The position numbers and the translations under genes were made by a program. A DNA stretch of 64,000 nucleotides from an uncultured Selenomonas sp. (GTDB taxonomy: Bacteria; Bacillota; Negativicutes; Selenomonadales; Selenomonadaceae). This document shows positions 22,410-33,694 of the stretch, in pieces. The DNA is taken from the NCBI GenBank assembly GCA_916438625.1, contig CAKAFE010000001.1:658445-722444 (forward strand), written 5' to 3'. The notes under the pieces are model-generated. The model did not search any database, was not told the DNA's origin, and was given only the letters and a program-made list of their open reading frames with translations. The stretch's first letter is position 1. Each line of letters starts with the position of its first letter.

Positions 22410-22572
22410 CCTAGCCGATCGGTCAACGCACTTCGGGCTTGACCTCTCGGGGTTTCATGGTAAGCTACACGCACAAACGTCCACTTTGTGGACATTGTGC
22501 GCCGCCCTTACAGAAACCTAGCCGATCGGTCTTCGCCCTTCGGGCTTGACCTCTCGGGGTTTCATGGTAGAA
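22410..22572 (+). repeat. Two direct copies (22410-22462, 22517-22569) of a hairpin repeat separated by a second hairpin
   Basis: cctagccgatcggtc..cttcgggcttgacctctcggggtttcatggta twice; spacer hairpin gcacaa-gtccac-ttt-gtggac-ttgtgc at 22471-22500. Confidence 0.9.
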
Positions 22573-22614
22573 TAGATAGGGTAACGAAGAATATGGGAGG
22601 TTGGAAACTTGGAT

Positions 22615-24531
22615 ATGAAGAGAACGAGAGCCCTCGCCGGTGCCGTCGCCTTTGCTGCAGGCCTTGCCGGTTTTTCAGCAGATGCCTCTGCAGCCGTCGT
22701 GGACACGGTGCAGGCGGCGCAGGAGATGAAGAACGCCGCTGCGGACGCTGAGGAGATCCAGCGCGTGGAGACGCAGACCACCGATGCGAACAAGGCGGCT
22801 GCCACCAAGGCGCAGATGAAAGATGCGCGCGTCGAAGAGTGGGAAGCCTCGCGCCCCGAGGAGCGCAAGCTCGACGAGGAAGCGACGATGGCGGATGGCA
22901 AGACCATCGTCGACATCGTCATCGACGGTGCAGGAAAAGACACGATGGCGACGGCGCGCGCGGCTCTCGTGCAGCGCACGGGCGACGTCTACAGCGCACA
23001 AAAGGCGCAGAGCGACCGCGCGGCCATCTTCGATACCGGTTACTTCTATGACCTCTATCCGTCGTGGGAGCATGTGCCCGAGGGCGTCGTTCTCACCTAT
23101 CACGTTCTGGAGAACCCCGTGCTCCATTCGGTGAAGATCGAGGGGAACACGGTGGAACAGACGGCAGACCTCGAAAAGCTCATCACGCTCGAAAAGGGCA
23201 AGGTGATGAACAGCCGCGAGCTGCAGAAGAATGTTTCTGCCGTGCAGGAAAAGTACAGGGCGGACGGCTTCATCCTCGCCAAGATCGAGGACATGAGCAT
23301 CGACTCTGCGGGCGACCTCACGCTCAAGATCAACGAAGGAAAGCTGGAAGGCTTCGCCGTCAAGGGCAACAAGAAGACGAAGGATCGCGTGATCCTGCGC
23401 GAAATGCGCCTCAAGATCGGCGAGCCCTTCGACGTGAAGAAGGCGCGCCGCAGTATGCAGCGCATCTACAACCTCGGCTTCTTCGAGGATGTGAACATGA
23501 AGCTCAATCCCGGCAAGGAGCCGGGCGCAGTCATCCTCGAAGCGGACGTCGCAGAAAAACGCACGGGCACTTTCGGCATCGGCGCGGGCTACAGCTCCTC
23601 GGACGGACTCGTCGGCATGGTCAATGTCGGCGATACGAACTTCCGCGGCACGGGCGACGCCGTGAGCCTGCTCTACGAGATGAGCGGCGACGATACGGAT
23701 GCGCGCGGATTCGTCTTCTCCTATCGCCACCCTTGGCTCGACGCCAAGGAGACGGCGCTCTCTTTGCGCGTCTACAACCGTACCTACGAGTACGATGACT
23801 ATGACACAAACGGCAACTTGGAAGAAGAGTACATGCGCAAGTACTCGGGCGGCGAGGTCACATTGAGCCGCCCTGTCAACGAGTATTCGACGAACTACAT
23901 CACGCTGCGAAACCGAAAGGATACCTACGAAAGGCATAAGAGCGACGGCAATCTGGGCGACCGCAGCACGCCCGCGTGGAAGTGGTGGCGCGATGCGAAC
24001 TTCGGCACGACGCGCAGCATCTCGCTGCAGCGCGTGACGGATACGCGCGACAACATCTACAACCCGACGTCGGGCGGACGCATGAGCGTCGAGGCGGAGT
24101 TCGCGGGCTTCGGCGGCGACTTCGTCTACCAGAAGTACACGGCGGAGGGCAAGCGCTTCTTCAAGGTCGGCAGGGCGCAGACCATCGCCGTGCGCGGCCA
24201 GGTCGGCTTCGGACACGGCTCGATTTCTGAATCGAACCTCTACAAGATCGGCGGGCAGGACTCTTTGCGCGGCTATCGCGACGATCAGTTCCGCGGCACG
24301 CGCCTTTTGCTCGCGACGGTTGAGTACCGCTTCCCCATCGTGAAGAAGGTGCAGGGCGCCGTGTTCACCGATTGGGGCAATGCGTGGAACAGCGGCAGTT
24401 GGCCCGATACCTTCAAGGGCAGCGTCGGCCTGGGGCTGCAGCTTGAGACGCCGATCGGTCCTCTGCGTCTCGACTATGGCCGCGGTTCGGACGGCGGGCG
24501 CGTGCACTTCAGCGTTGGCGGCTCCTTCTGA
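22615..24531 (+). CDS. bamA: Omp85-family BamA (POTRA domains plus barrel)
   Basis: GNKKTKDRVILRE, IYNLGFFEDV, GGQDSLRGY, TPIGPLRLDYG, terminal F. Confidence 0.92.
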   Translation: MKRTRALAGAVAFAAGLAGFSADASAAVVDTVQAAQEMKNAAADAEEIQRVETQTTDANKAAATKAQMKDARVEEWEASRPEERKLDEEATMADGKTIVDIVIDGAGKDTMATARAALVQRTGDVYSAQKAQSDRAAIFDTGYFYDLYPSWEHVPEGVVLTYHVLENPVLHSVKIEGNTVEQTADLEKLITLEKGKVMNSRELQKNVSAVQEKYRADGFILAKIEDMSIDSAGDLTLKINEGKLEGFAVKGNKKTKDRVILREMRLKIGEPFDVKKARRSMQRIYNLGFFEDVNMKLNPGKEPGAVILEADVAEKRTGTFGIGAGYSSSDGLVGMVNVGDTNFRGTGDAVSLLYEMSGDDTDARGFVFSYRHPWLDAKETALSLRVYNRTYEYDDYDTNGNLEEEYMRKYSGGEVTLSRPVNEYSTNYITLRNRKDTYERHKSDGNLGDRSTPAWKWWRDANFGTTRSISLQRVTDTRDNIYNPTSGGRMSVEAEFAGFGGDFVYQKYTAEGKRFFKVGRAQTIAVRGQVGFGHGSISESNLYKIGGQDSLRGYRDDQFRGTRLLLATVEYRFPIVKKVQGAVFTDWGNAWNSGSWPDTFKGSVGLGLQLETPIGPLRLDYGRGSDGGRVHFSVGGSF

Positions 24532-25835
24532 TGCTCGGGCGAAGGCTCTGTGCGCGGGCGCTCGGCGTGCTTTTTCGCGCTCGTCCTCCTCGGGGCGGGC
24601 GGCGGCACTGCCTTCGCTTCGGGCACGATCGCGGCGGTGCGGGCTGAGGTTGCGACGGATGACGGCGCCTTGCCGACCTGCCGTCCAGGCGCGCATGGAA
24701 AAGAGCGTCGCGGCCATCGCTGCGCAGCTGATCGAGGGGAAGCCGCTCGCTTCGTATGAGGAGCGCAGGAAAGCGGACGAGGCGACGATCCGCGAGGTCT
24801 TCGACAAGGTGCTCGTCGGCTATTCCGTTTCCTCCGTCGCCATAGAGCCCGGCGAGGAATCGTGCGTGCGCGTGGCGCTCGTGCCTTGGGCGGATCGCGT
24901 CGAGGACGTCGAAGTCTCCCTTTCGGTCGAGGGCGTCTCGCCTGCGGTCGAGAAGATGGTGAGGGACGATCTCGCGGGCGTCGAGACCGTCTTCCGGCAG
25001 AGCCTCGAAGGGCTTCCGGCGGCCGCTGCGGACTGGACGAACGGCGTCCTGAAGGAGAGCCTGAACGCCTATATGGCGGTGCATCTGCCGGAGTTCCGCG
25101 CCGACTTCGACGTGGAGACGGCGCAGAAGGCGCATGTCGCGCTGACTGTCTATCCGAAAATGCCCGTCGTGCGCACGATCGATCTTGCCATGCGCTCGGA
25201 TACGATCGCGAATTTCGCCTTGTTGGAAAAGCGCAGCGCTTTGCAGCGGAAGGCGGATGAGATGCTCGGCGTGCCCGTCGCCTTCGTGGCACGGCACGAG
25301 GCTGAGTTCGCGCGGGGCATGGAGGAGACGCTCGATGCGTCGAGGGAGTTTCGCGCGCTCGGACTCAGGACAAAGGCGACGATCGCTGCGGGTGAGCAGA
25401 CATCGATCATGAGCCGCAGCGACACGACGCGCTATCGCCTGCGCCTCGAAGGGTGGGGCGACGTCGGCAGACACTCTGCCGGTATCGGTGACGTGCGCTT
25501 TCGCGCACATGCGGGAGCGATGACGTCGCCTGCGGATGAATTCTTCGTGCAGGCAGATGTGCTGCCGCAGGACTTTGGCTGGGGTTGGGCGCTCGGCTAT
25601 GAGCGGCGCGTCGTCCCCGGACTTTCTGCCAACGCACGCTATGATATGCGCGCTCACGCTTGGACGACGGGGGTGCGCACACGCTTTTCGCCGCGCGTCG
25701 AGCTTCGTTGGGAGTACCGTCGCGCTGACCGCACGGGAGAGCTGGGGACTCAGCTGTCGGCTGCATGATTTCCTTCGCGTGGAACTCGTGCGTGACCATT
25801 CTGAAGGCTGGCTGCGCCTGATTGGCGATTTTTAA
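24531..25835 (+). CDS. Hypothetical exported protein, probable C-terminal beta-barrel (frameshifted)
   Basis: Signal-like N-terminus, alternating strands, ends WLRLIGDF; abuts bamA stop. Confidence 0.6.
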
Positions 25836-25856
25836 GCGCTCTGTGTCCAGTGGGGC

Positions 25857-25885
25857 TTGAATCCCCGCGAAGAGTTTGCTATAAT
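25857..25885 (+). promoter_or_regulatory. Sigma-A-type promoter
   Basis: TTGAAT-17-TATAAT with extended TG. Confidence 0.7.
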
Positions 25886-25956
25886 GTTGGTTGTTGGGTA
25901 ATGAGGAAGAGTTATTTTAGCAAAGGCTCTTCGCAAGAGAAAAGGAGACTGAAGAA

Positions 25957-26418
25957 ATGGTAAAACTTCAAAAGACGCAGGTCAAGATTTTCTGTGTGGC
26001 ACTTGCGCTCGTGTTCATCGGCTCGGTCGTCGCCATGGGGCTTTCGCAGCTCGGCACGAGCACGGCTTCCGCGGCCTCCTCGTCCGTCGGCGTCGTCGAC
26101 TACCGCAAGGTACTGCAGAGCCATCCGGATTACGCTTCAGCGTCGAGCGAGATGCAGAAGGCGATCCAGGAAGCGGAGATGCGCTTCCAGGCGGATACCG
26201 CGAAGATGAGCGACGAGGACAAGGCGAAGGCAATGCAGCAGGCACAGCAGGAACTGCAGCAGAAGGAACAGGCTCTCACCTCGGCCATCCAGGCGAAGAT
26301 CGATGTCGTGGTCAAAGAGGTTGCTGACGCCAAGGGTCTCTCCGTCGTCCTCGACAAGAACGTCGTTGTCTATGGCGGTCAGGATATCACGGATGACGTC
26401 CTGAAGAAACTGAAATAA
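25957..26418 (+). CDS. OmpH/Skp chaperone
   Basis: VGVVDY, coiled coil, VADAKGLSVVLDK, GGQDITDDVLKKL. Confidence 0.88.
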   Translation: MVKLQKTQVKIFCVALALVFIGSVVAMGLSQLGTSTASAASSSVGVVDYRKVLQSHPDYASASSEMQKAIQEAEMRFQADTAKMSDEDKAKAMQQAQQELQQKEQALTSAIQAKIDVVVKEVADAKGLSVVLDKNVVVYGGQDITDDVLKKLK

Positions 26419-26450
26419 GAAAAATATGGATATGAGCGCGCGAGCGCATG

Positions 26451-26484
26451 AAATACCGGGCGGGCTTCCTGCCCGGTATTTTTT
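26451..26484 (+). terminator. Intrinsic terminator
   Basis: aaataccgggc / gcccggtattt plus T run. Confidence 0.75.
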
Positions 26485-26536
26485 AAGGAAGCGCTGAATT
26501 TGTCAGTGCTTCTTTGGCTTTTGTGGAGGTGGGCTG

Positions 26537-27604
26537 ATGGCGCAGGAAAAGATGGAAGAAAAAAGCGGTTTTTGGACGAGGCGCAGGCAGACGCTTTGCG
26601 GCGTCGTTGTCGTCACGCTCTTCGCGTGCCTGGGCGCCGCCTTTTTTTTCTTTCGCCCTGCACCCTCGTCGCCTCCTGCGCCCATCGTGCAGGAAGAAGG
26701 GGGGATCGGCATCGTCGACATGGCGCGTGCGGAGAAAGCGCATGAAGCGTATGCGCAGCTTGCAGAGCTTGAAACGCAGCGCGCAGCGATCGCTGCCGAT
26801 ATCGGGCGCCTGAGTTTCGCGCGTCAGGCGCTGAAGCCTCCCGCGCTCGCCGACGAGCCGATTTCGGCTGGCGGCGGAGCAGAAAAGTCTGCAGCAGGAG
26901 CGCCTTGCGGCAGGCGAACGGGAGCGCGAGCGGCGCAAGGCGCTCGCCGCATGGGAGGAGGAGACGCAGGATGCTTTCCTCGCCGAAAAGAAAGCGATCG
27001 AAGACTCCTACCAGATTCGCATCGTCAACCTCGAGATGAAGCTCGACAACCGCGAGGCGATGGGACTGACGATCGATGAGGCGAAAGCTCTCCTCGAAGA
27101 GCTGGAGACCTTGCGGAAGGAGCGCGGTGAACGCATGAAGGAGCTGTTCGCCGCGCGCGACGAGGCGAGGAGAAGCTACCTCGCCTCGCTCGCCGCGCGC
27201 GATGCGAAGAGCGGCAAGCATGATGCGAAAAGTGCGCAGGAGGAAGCCGCGCGCCTGAAGGCGGAGGCGGAAAGGCGCAACAGCGAGGCGCTCATGCAGG
27301 CGATGCAGGGCATCGAGCTCGATGAGATCCTGCGCCGCAAGAAGACGGCGCTCACGGCGAAGGATGAGGAGATACGCATCATCCGGGAGCACATCCGCAA
27401 GGACATCGAGAGCAAGGTGGCGAAGCTCGCGCTCGTGCATCGCCTCGCCCTCGTCGTCACGAAGGAGACGGATGAGGCCGAGAGCGTGAAGCGTGCAGAC
27501 ACTGAGATGGATGCGCCTTCGCTTCGCTTCCCCGTCGCTGCGCCCGCCGCGCACGATCTGACCGAAGAAGTGATTGCCGAGCTTACGCCCGGAAATATTT
27601 TTAG
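26537..27604 (+). CDS. Long coiled-coil OmpH-like membrane-anchored protein (frameshift ~26870; end approximate)
   Basis: TM, IGIVDM, long heptads, LALVV...HDLTEEVIAEL. Confidence 0.65.
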
Positions 27605-27620
27605 AAAGAAGTGGAAACTC

Positions 27621-28065
27621 ATGAAGCAGAACAAGAAGCGCATGGCGATGCTCGCAGGCCTTTTCGCCGCCATGATGCTCGCCGCAGGCTGCGGCAAGGC
27701 ACAGATCGGCTACGTCGATCCGGCCCGCATCGAAAAGGAAGCGCCCGGCCATCATGAATATCGACGCCGAAATGAAGACGAAGATGGAAGAAGTGCAGAA
27801 GCAGGCGGAGGACGAGCTGAAGGAGAAGCAGGCGAAGAAGGCGCCGGTCGAGGAGCTGCAGAAGACGCAGCAGCAGGCGATGGGCAAGATGCAGCAGATG
27901 AGCAGCATCTATGACCAGCAGAAGACGGTCAAGGTGCAGACGGCCGTCGGCGAGATTTCGCGCAAGAAGAAGTTGGACGCCGTTCTCATGAATCCCGACG
28001 AGCAGAAACTTGTCTATCTTGGTGGCACGGACATCACCGACGACGTGATCCAGGCGCTTCAGTGA
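27621..28065 (+). CDS. OmpH/Skp-like lipoprotein (frameshift ~27748)
   Basis: Lipobox LAAGC, IGYVD, KKLDAVL, GGTDITDDVIQAL. Confidence 0.78.
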
Positions 28066-28075
28066 GGGAAGGACA

Positions 28076-29098
28076 ATGAAAAAGACGTTGGGTGAAATTG
28101 CGCGCTTTTTGCATGGACGCCTTGCAGGCGATGAGGGCATCGTCATCACGGGCGCGACGAACATCGAAGCGGCGGGCAATACGGAGATCACCTTTGCGGC
28201 GCCGCCGCATATCGAGGAAGCGAAATCGTCGAGGGCTGCGGCCGTCCTCCTGCCCGAGGATGTGCAGGACTTCCCGCTGCCCGCGATCTATGTGGAAGGA
28301 GCCGCGCGCCGCTTTCGCCAAGCTCTTGGAGCTTTTCGCGCCGCCTCTGCACATCCCGGCAGGCGTGAGCCCTCTGGCTTTTGTAGCGAAGGGCGCCGAG
28401 GTGGCGGAGGGTGCTTCGGTCATGCCTTTTGCCGTCGTCGATGAACATGCGAAGATCGGCGCGGACGCGGTTCTCTATCCGCATGTCTACGTTGGACAGT
28501 ATGCACAGATCGGCGAGAAGAGCGTCCTCTACGCAAGCGTGACGGTTCGCGAACGCTGCCGCGTCGGCAGGCGCTGCGTGCTCCATGCGAATTCCGTCAT
28601 CGGTTCCGACGGCTTCGGCTTCACGACGGCGAACGGCGTGCACACGAAGGTGCCGCAGGTCGGCAATGTCGTCATCGAAGATGACGTCGAGATCGGGTCG
28701 CACGTCGGCATCGACCGTGCGACGACCGGCTCGACGGTCATCGGCCGCGGCACGAAGATCGACAACCTCGTTCATGTCGGACACAACTGCAAGATTGACT
28801 CGGAAATCTCATCGTCGCACAGACGGGCATCTCCGGCTCGACGACGACAGGACCGAACGTCACTTTTGGCGGGCAGGTCGGCACGGTCGGGCACATCCAT
28901 ATCGGCGGCAATTCCGTCTACGCCGCGCGTTCCGGCATCATCAGCGACATGCCCGAGGGCGTTTTCTGCGCGGGTTTCCCCGTGCAGAGCCATCAGGAGT
29001 GGCTGCGTATGCAGGCGGCGATGAAGCGCCTGCCCGAACTCGTCAAGAAGGTGAAGCAGTTGGAACGGGCGCTCGAAGAGAGGGACGCGAAGGGATGA
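28076..29098 (+). CDS. lpxD: UDP-3-O-acylglucosamine N-acyltransferase (frameshifts ~28298, ~28800)
   Basis: Hexapeptide repeats, [37 protein letters not shown]. Confidence 0.93.
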
Positions 29099-29965
29099 CT
29101 TACCACTTGGTGCGCTTCCTGAGCTTTATCGCCTGCCTTCTGCCCGGAAGTTTTCTGCGACGCCTTCGGCCGCATCCCCGGCGCTCGCTCTCTGGCCGTT
29201 CCTTCCTGCACGCAGGAAGAAGCTTGCCGTCTCGCAGGTCGCCATGTGCCTCGGGACGGATGAGGAGGAATCGAAGCGGATCGCCAAGGAGAGCGCCGTG
29301 CGTTTCGGCCCCATGCTCTTCGAGGTTCTGCGCTTTTCCCGTCATCATGCGCCGCATGGCGGATTATGTCGAGATCGAGGGAGCAGAGCATCTGCGGGAG
29401 GTTCTTTCGCAGGGGAAGGGCGCAGTCATCGCCACGGGGCACACGGGAAACTGGGAGCTCATGGGCGGCGCCCTGTCGCAGGCGGGCTTTCCGATCATCG
29501 GCGTCGCCATGCGCCAGCGGGATGCGGCAATGGATCGTTTCATCAACGAGTACCGCCGTCTCGTCGGCATGCACATCATCTACAAGAACGATGTGCGCGA
29601 GATGTTTCGCATGATGAAGGAAGGGTGGGTCGTCGGCCTTCTCGCCGACCAGGACACGAACCGGCACGACGGCATCGTGCTCGATTTTCTCGGCAGGCCG
29701 ACGAACTGCGTGCCGGGGTAAGCCACGATGGCGCGTTCGGCAGGGGATCGGCATCATACCCGGCTACATCACGCGCAAGAAAGACGGCACGCACAAGATC
29801 ATCCTCCATGCACCCATCGAGGTGCCGCGCACGAAGGACAAGCGCGCGGACATCCGCGCGGCCCAGCAGGCGGTCAACCGCGTCTTGGAGCAGCATATCC
29901 GCGAGCATCCCGAAGAGTGGTTCTGGCTGCACGACCGCTGGAAATCCCTGCGCAAAGAGTCCTAG
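29095..29965 (+). CDS. Lipid A late acyltransferase, LpxL/HtrB family (frameshifts, in-frame TAA at 29719)
   Basis: GHTGNWE, LADQD, IREHPEEWFWLHDRWK. Confidence 0.85.
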
Positions 29966-30164
29966 GGAGGCGCGGAGAAAATGCAGCGCTGCATTCGTCT
30001 GTGCTCGCCGGAGTCTCCTTCTTGCGCGAAAATGAAAAAAACTATATAATTGAGGGAAGCACTGATGAATCCGGCCGCCCATCGACACGCATCCGGGCGG
30101 CTTCGTTCCATCCGCGATTCCTCAGGAATACAAAACGTGCAGGCGGAAGGTGGCTTGTGAATTT

Positions 30165-30617
30165 ATGAAGATAGATGCTTTGAGCTCGCAGCGGTCTGCG
30201 CTGCAGACTCTTGAACGCGACATTGCCGTGCATGAACCTTCGCGCAGTGACGCAGACTTCGGAGCGGAGCTTGCCGATCAGCACACGGCGTATTCCGATC
30301 GTCAGCTGCAGGAGATCTTGAAGAAGATCGATGAGCAGGGGGCGCGTCTTACGAACACGCCGACCTACGATGAATTGAAAGCGTATCGCGACCTCGTCAA
30401 GGATTTCGTCGATGAGGCAGTCGGACGCATGTACCAGCTGCATGTACAGGCGGGCTGGGACCGCATGGGGCGGCAGAAAGTCTACACGACGGTGCGCAAG
30501 ATCGACCGCAAGCTCGAAGAGCTGGCGGAGAAGATCCGCATGGGACAGACGGACGCTTTGGACATCGTGGCGAGTCACGACGCCATTCGCGGGATGCTCG
30601 TCGACCTCTACATGTGA
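30165..30617 (+). CDS. yaaR: YaaR (DUF327) family protein
   Basis: IDEQGARL, YRDLVKDF, IRGMLVDLY; precedes holB. Confidence 0.85.
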   Translation: MKIDALSSQRSALQTLERDIAVHEPSRSDADFGAELADQHTAYSDRQLQEILKKIDEQGARLTNTPTYDELKAYRDLVKDFVDEAVGRMYQLHVQAGWDRMGRQKVYTTVRKIDRKLEELAEKIRMGQTDALDIVASHDAIRGMLVDLYM

Positions 30618-31625
30618 TGGCGGATTCGCTCCGCTGGCAGGACATCCTCGGGCACGAGAGAAACATCGAAAGGCTGCGGACCATGCTGCGCGAAGGCCGT
30701 CTGCCCCATGCGCTCCTCTTTTCAGGGGTTGCAGGCGTGGGCAAGAAGAAGGCCGCGCGCCTCGTGGCCGCAGCCTTGCTGTGCAAGAAGGCGGATGCGC
30801 CTTGCGGCGACTGTCCGTCGTGCCGTGCCTTCCTCGCGGGAACGCATCCCGACTACATCGAGGCGGCGCCCGAGAGCCGTGGCAGGGCGCGCGCGTCCTG
30901 CGCATCGAAGCTGTGCGCGAGATCGAAAAGAAGGCCGCGCGAAAGCCGCTCTTGTCGGGGCGCCTCGTCGTCCTCATGGATGAAGCCGACGCGATGAACG
31001 AGGCGGCGGCCAACAGCCTCTTGAAGACACTGGAAGAGCCGCAGGGCGAAGTCTTCTTTCTGCTCGTGACGGAAAAGCGTGCGGCGCTCCTGCCGACGAT
31101 CCTCTCGCGCGTGCGCGACCTGCACTCGGTGCGCTTCCTCCTGCCGTGATCGAGCGGCATCTCCTCGCGCAGGGCGTGGAAGGAGGACAGGCGAAGATGC
31201 TCGCCGCAGCGGCGGACGGCAGTCTCAGCCACGCGCTGCTCCTCTTGGAGGAGGATGGGCTGCAGCTTGTGGAGGACGCGGCGCAGACGCTCTTCTCTTT
31301 GCGGGCGCTCGACATGTTCCACCTCTGGGAGAAAGCAGAGGAGCTGGGCAGATTGCCGCGTGAGCGCGGCGAGGACTGGCTGCTCGCCTTGTCGAGACTC
31401 CTGCGCGACATGCTCGTGCTCTATGCGGGGGGCGGTGCGCTTTATCATGAGGAAAGGCGCGTCGGCTTGGCTCGTGCGCTGCAGGACTTTTCCGAGGAGC
31501 GCGTCTTCTCCTTGCTCGCCGAGGTGCGCGAGGCGCTGCGGCGCTTGAGGAGCAACGCGAACGCCCGGCTTGTCTTCGAAGGGCTGTTGATGCGCCTCGG
31601 CGATGCGCGGGCAGGCGAACGATGA
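30617..31625 (+). CDS. holB: DNA polymerase III delta-prime subunit (frameshifted)
   Basis: HALLFSG, CGDCPSC, HPD, AANSLLKTLEEP, LLPTILSR. Confidence 0.9.
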
Positions 31626-31671
31626 TGGAGGCGCAGAAGATGCGCTCGATATAGATGAAGGAGGCAGGGGG

Positions 31672-32497
31672 TTGCAGACGATTGTGGGAGTCCGCTTCAA
31701 AAAAAGCGGGCAAGATCTATTATTTCAGCCCTGGACGGCACGAGATTGCGCACGGCGACGAGGTCATCGTCGAAACGGTGCGCGGCATGGAATGCGGGCG
31801 TGTCGTCTTGGGGCCGCGCGAGGTAGAGGAAGCCGGCTCGCAGCCCTTGAAGACGGTGCAGCGCAAGGCGACGGAGAAGGATCTGCAGAAGGTCGAAGAA
31901 AACCATCGGCAGGAAAAAGAAGCGTTCAAGATCTGCGAGAAGAAGATTCGATTGCACGGCCTGCCGATGAAGCTTGTCGATGTCGAGTATACGTTCGACC
32001 TGAACAAGATCATCTTCTATTTCACGGCAGACGGACGCATCGACTTTCGCGAACTCGTCAAGGATCTCGCCGCCGTTTTCCGCACGCGCATCGAGCTGCG
32101 CCAAATCGGTGTGCGTGACGAGGCGAAGCTCATGGGCGGCATGGGGTGCTGCGGCAGGCCGCTCTGCTGCTCGATGTTCTTGGGTGACTTCGAGCCGGTG
32201 TCCATCCGCATGGCGAAGGAGCAGAATCTCTCGCTGAATCCCGCGAAGATTTCGGGCATCTGCGGCAGGCTCATGTGCTGCCTCAAGTACGAGTCCGCGG
32301 AATACAAGAAGAGCTGCCCCAAGCGCCGCCCGAAGCCGCCGAAGCAGGGCGGCCGCGTGGCATCGGCAGAAGGCGAGGGCAAGGTCATCTCGCTCAACGC
32401 GCAGCGGCGCACGGCGACGATCCTGCTCGACTCGCACAAGACGCTTGTGGCGGCGTGGGAGGACATCATCGCCGTGGAGCAGGAGGACAAGGCGTAG
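31672..32497 (+). CDS. yaaT: PSP1-domain protein RicT/YaaT (frameshift in A run ~31700)
   Basis: GVRFKK.GKIYYF, GRIDFRELVKDLA, CGRPLCC, CGRLMCCLKYE. Confidence 0.92.
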
Positions 32498-33382
32498 ATG
32501 GAGCGCGTCAAAGAGAGGAAGGACGACCTGTGCGAGGAGGGAGCGCCGCGTGCGAAGGGAACACTGTACCGGCGGCGACGCCCATCGGCAACCTTGAGGA
32601 TATGACGTTCCGTGCCGGGAGGCTCTTCGAGGAAGCGCCGCTCATCGCGGCGGAAGACACGCGCCACACGCGCAAGCTCCTCGCGCGCTATGACATCCAC
32701 ACGCGCCTCGTCAGCTACCACGAGCACAACAAGTTTGAGCAGGGTCGCGTCTCGTGGAATTTCTGCTCGAAGGAAACGATCTCATCTGCGTCAGCGACGC
32801 GGGACTGCCGGGGATCGCCGATCCCGGCAGCCACCTCGCCGCGCTCGCGATCGCCGCAGGCATCCGGGTATCGCCTCTGCCCGGCGCGAATGCCGCGCTT
32901 TCGGCGCTCATCTGCTCGGGGCTTGATACGCGCCGCTTCACCTTCGTCGGCTTTTTTTGCCGCGCACGTCAGCGAAGCGCGAAGAGCTTCTTGCGGAGCT
33001 TGCTGGGCGGCGGGAAACGATCATCTTCTACGAAGCGCCGCATCATTTGCGGGAGACGCTCAAGGCCGTGGCCGGAGCCTTTGGCGAGGCGCGTCCGGCT
33101 GTTGCCGCGCGCGAGCTGACGAAACGCTACGAGGAGTTTCGCCGCGGCACGCTCGCCGATCTTTTGACGCACTATGGCGCGGAAGAGCCGCGCGGCGAAT
33201 TTGTCCTCCTCGTCGCGGGGGCGACGGGCGAGGCGTGCGAAAGTGCGCCGCAGGAAACGCCGAAAGAGCTTGTCCGGCGGCTCATGGAAGAGGGAATGCC
33301 GAAGAAGGAAGCCATGCGGGAGACAGCGAAGCGCCTCCATTTGAGCCGCCGCGACGTGTATCGGACGCTGTTGGAAGAGTGA
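32498..33382 (+). CDS. rsmI: 16S rRNA C1402 2'-O-methyltransferase (frameshifted)
   Basis: ATPIGNLEDMT, AEDTRHT, SDAGLPGIADPG, YEAPH, RELTK. Confidence 0.92.
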
Positions 33383-33423
33383 AGCCCGCCCACACCCTTT
33401 TTCAGGGGATGGGCGGGCTTCTT
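33381..33423. terminator. Hairpin between convergent rsmI and abrB-like genes
   Basis: gaagcccgccca / tgggcgggcttc inverted repeat. Confidence 0.65.
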
Positions 33424-33440
33424 CATGCGGCGTATGCCGC

Positions 33441-33694
33441 TCACATCGCTTCCGTCGTCAGCTCTTTCACGCACTTCCTGCAGATGTTGCGGCTCTTGAA
33501 GGAAGTCACGTCGTCCGTACTGCCGCAGAAGATGCATGAGCAGGTCGGTTCGTACTTTTGCAGTACGATGCGGTCTTCATCGGTGTAGATTTCGGGGCGT
33601 CGCGTTCCGCGATGCCGAGCGTGCGGCGCAGCTCGATGGGGATGACGACTCGGCCGAGTTCGTCGACTTTTCTGACGATTCCTGTTGCCTTCAC
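33441..33694 (-). CDS. abrB: AbrB-family transition-state regulator (frameshift ~33595)
   Basis: MKATGIVRKVDELGRVVIPIELRRTL, then CIFCG...ICRKC. Confidence 0.9.

Noticed and set aside
22410..22572. CRISPR mini-array
   Set aside because: Only two repeats of about 53 bp, the spacer is itself repeated at 60.07 kb, and no cas genes are present
22675..24807. Long antisense ORFs (also 3544-5439, 8112-9692, 13605-15143, 62640-63995)
   Set aside because: Shadows of high-GC coding strands with no recognisable motifs
27036..27914. Fusion of second and third Skp-like genes
   Set aside because: One extra T in the run near 27600 gives a TAG stop, and the third gene has its own lipoprotein signal
30061..30112. 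Hammerhead ribozyme (CTGATGA plus stem)
   Set aside because: No GAAA core after the stem
31698..31706. Programmed frameshift at the A run in yaaT, and similar runs elsewhere
   Set aside because: Indistinguishable from the window-wide indel noise
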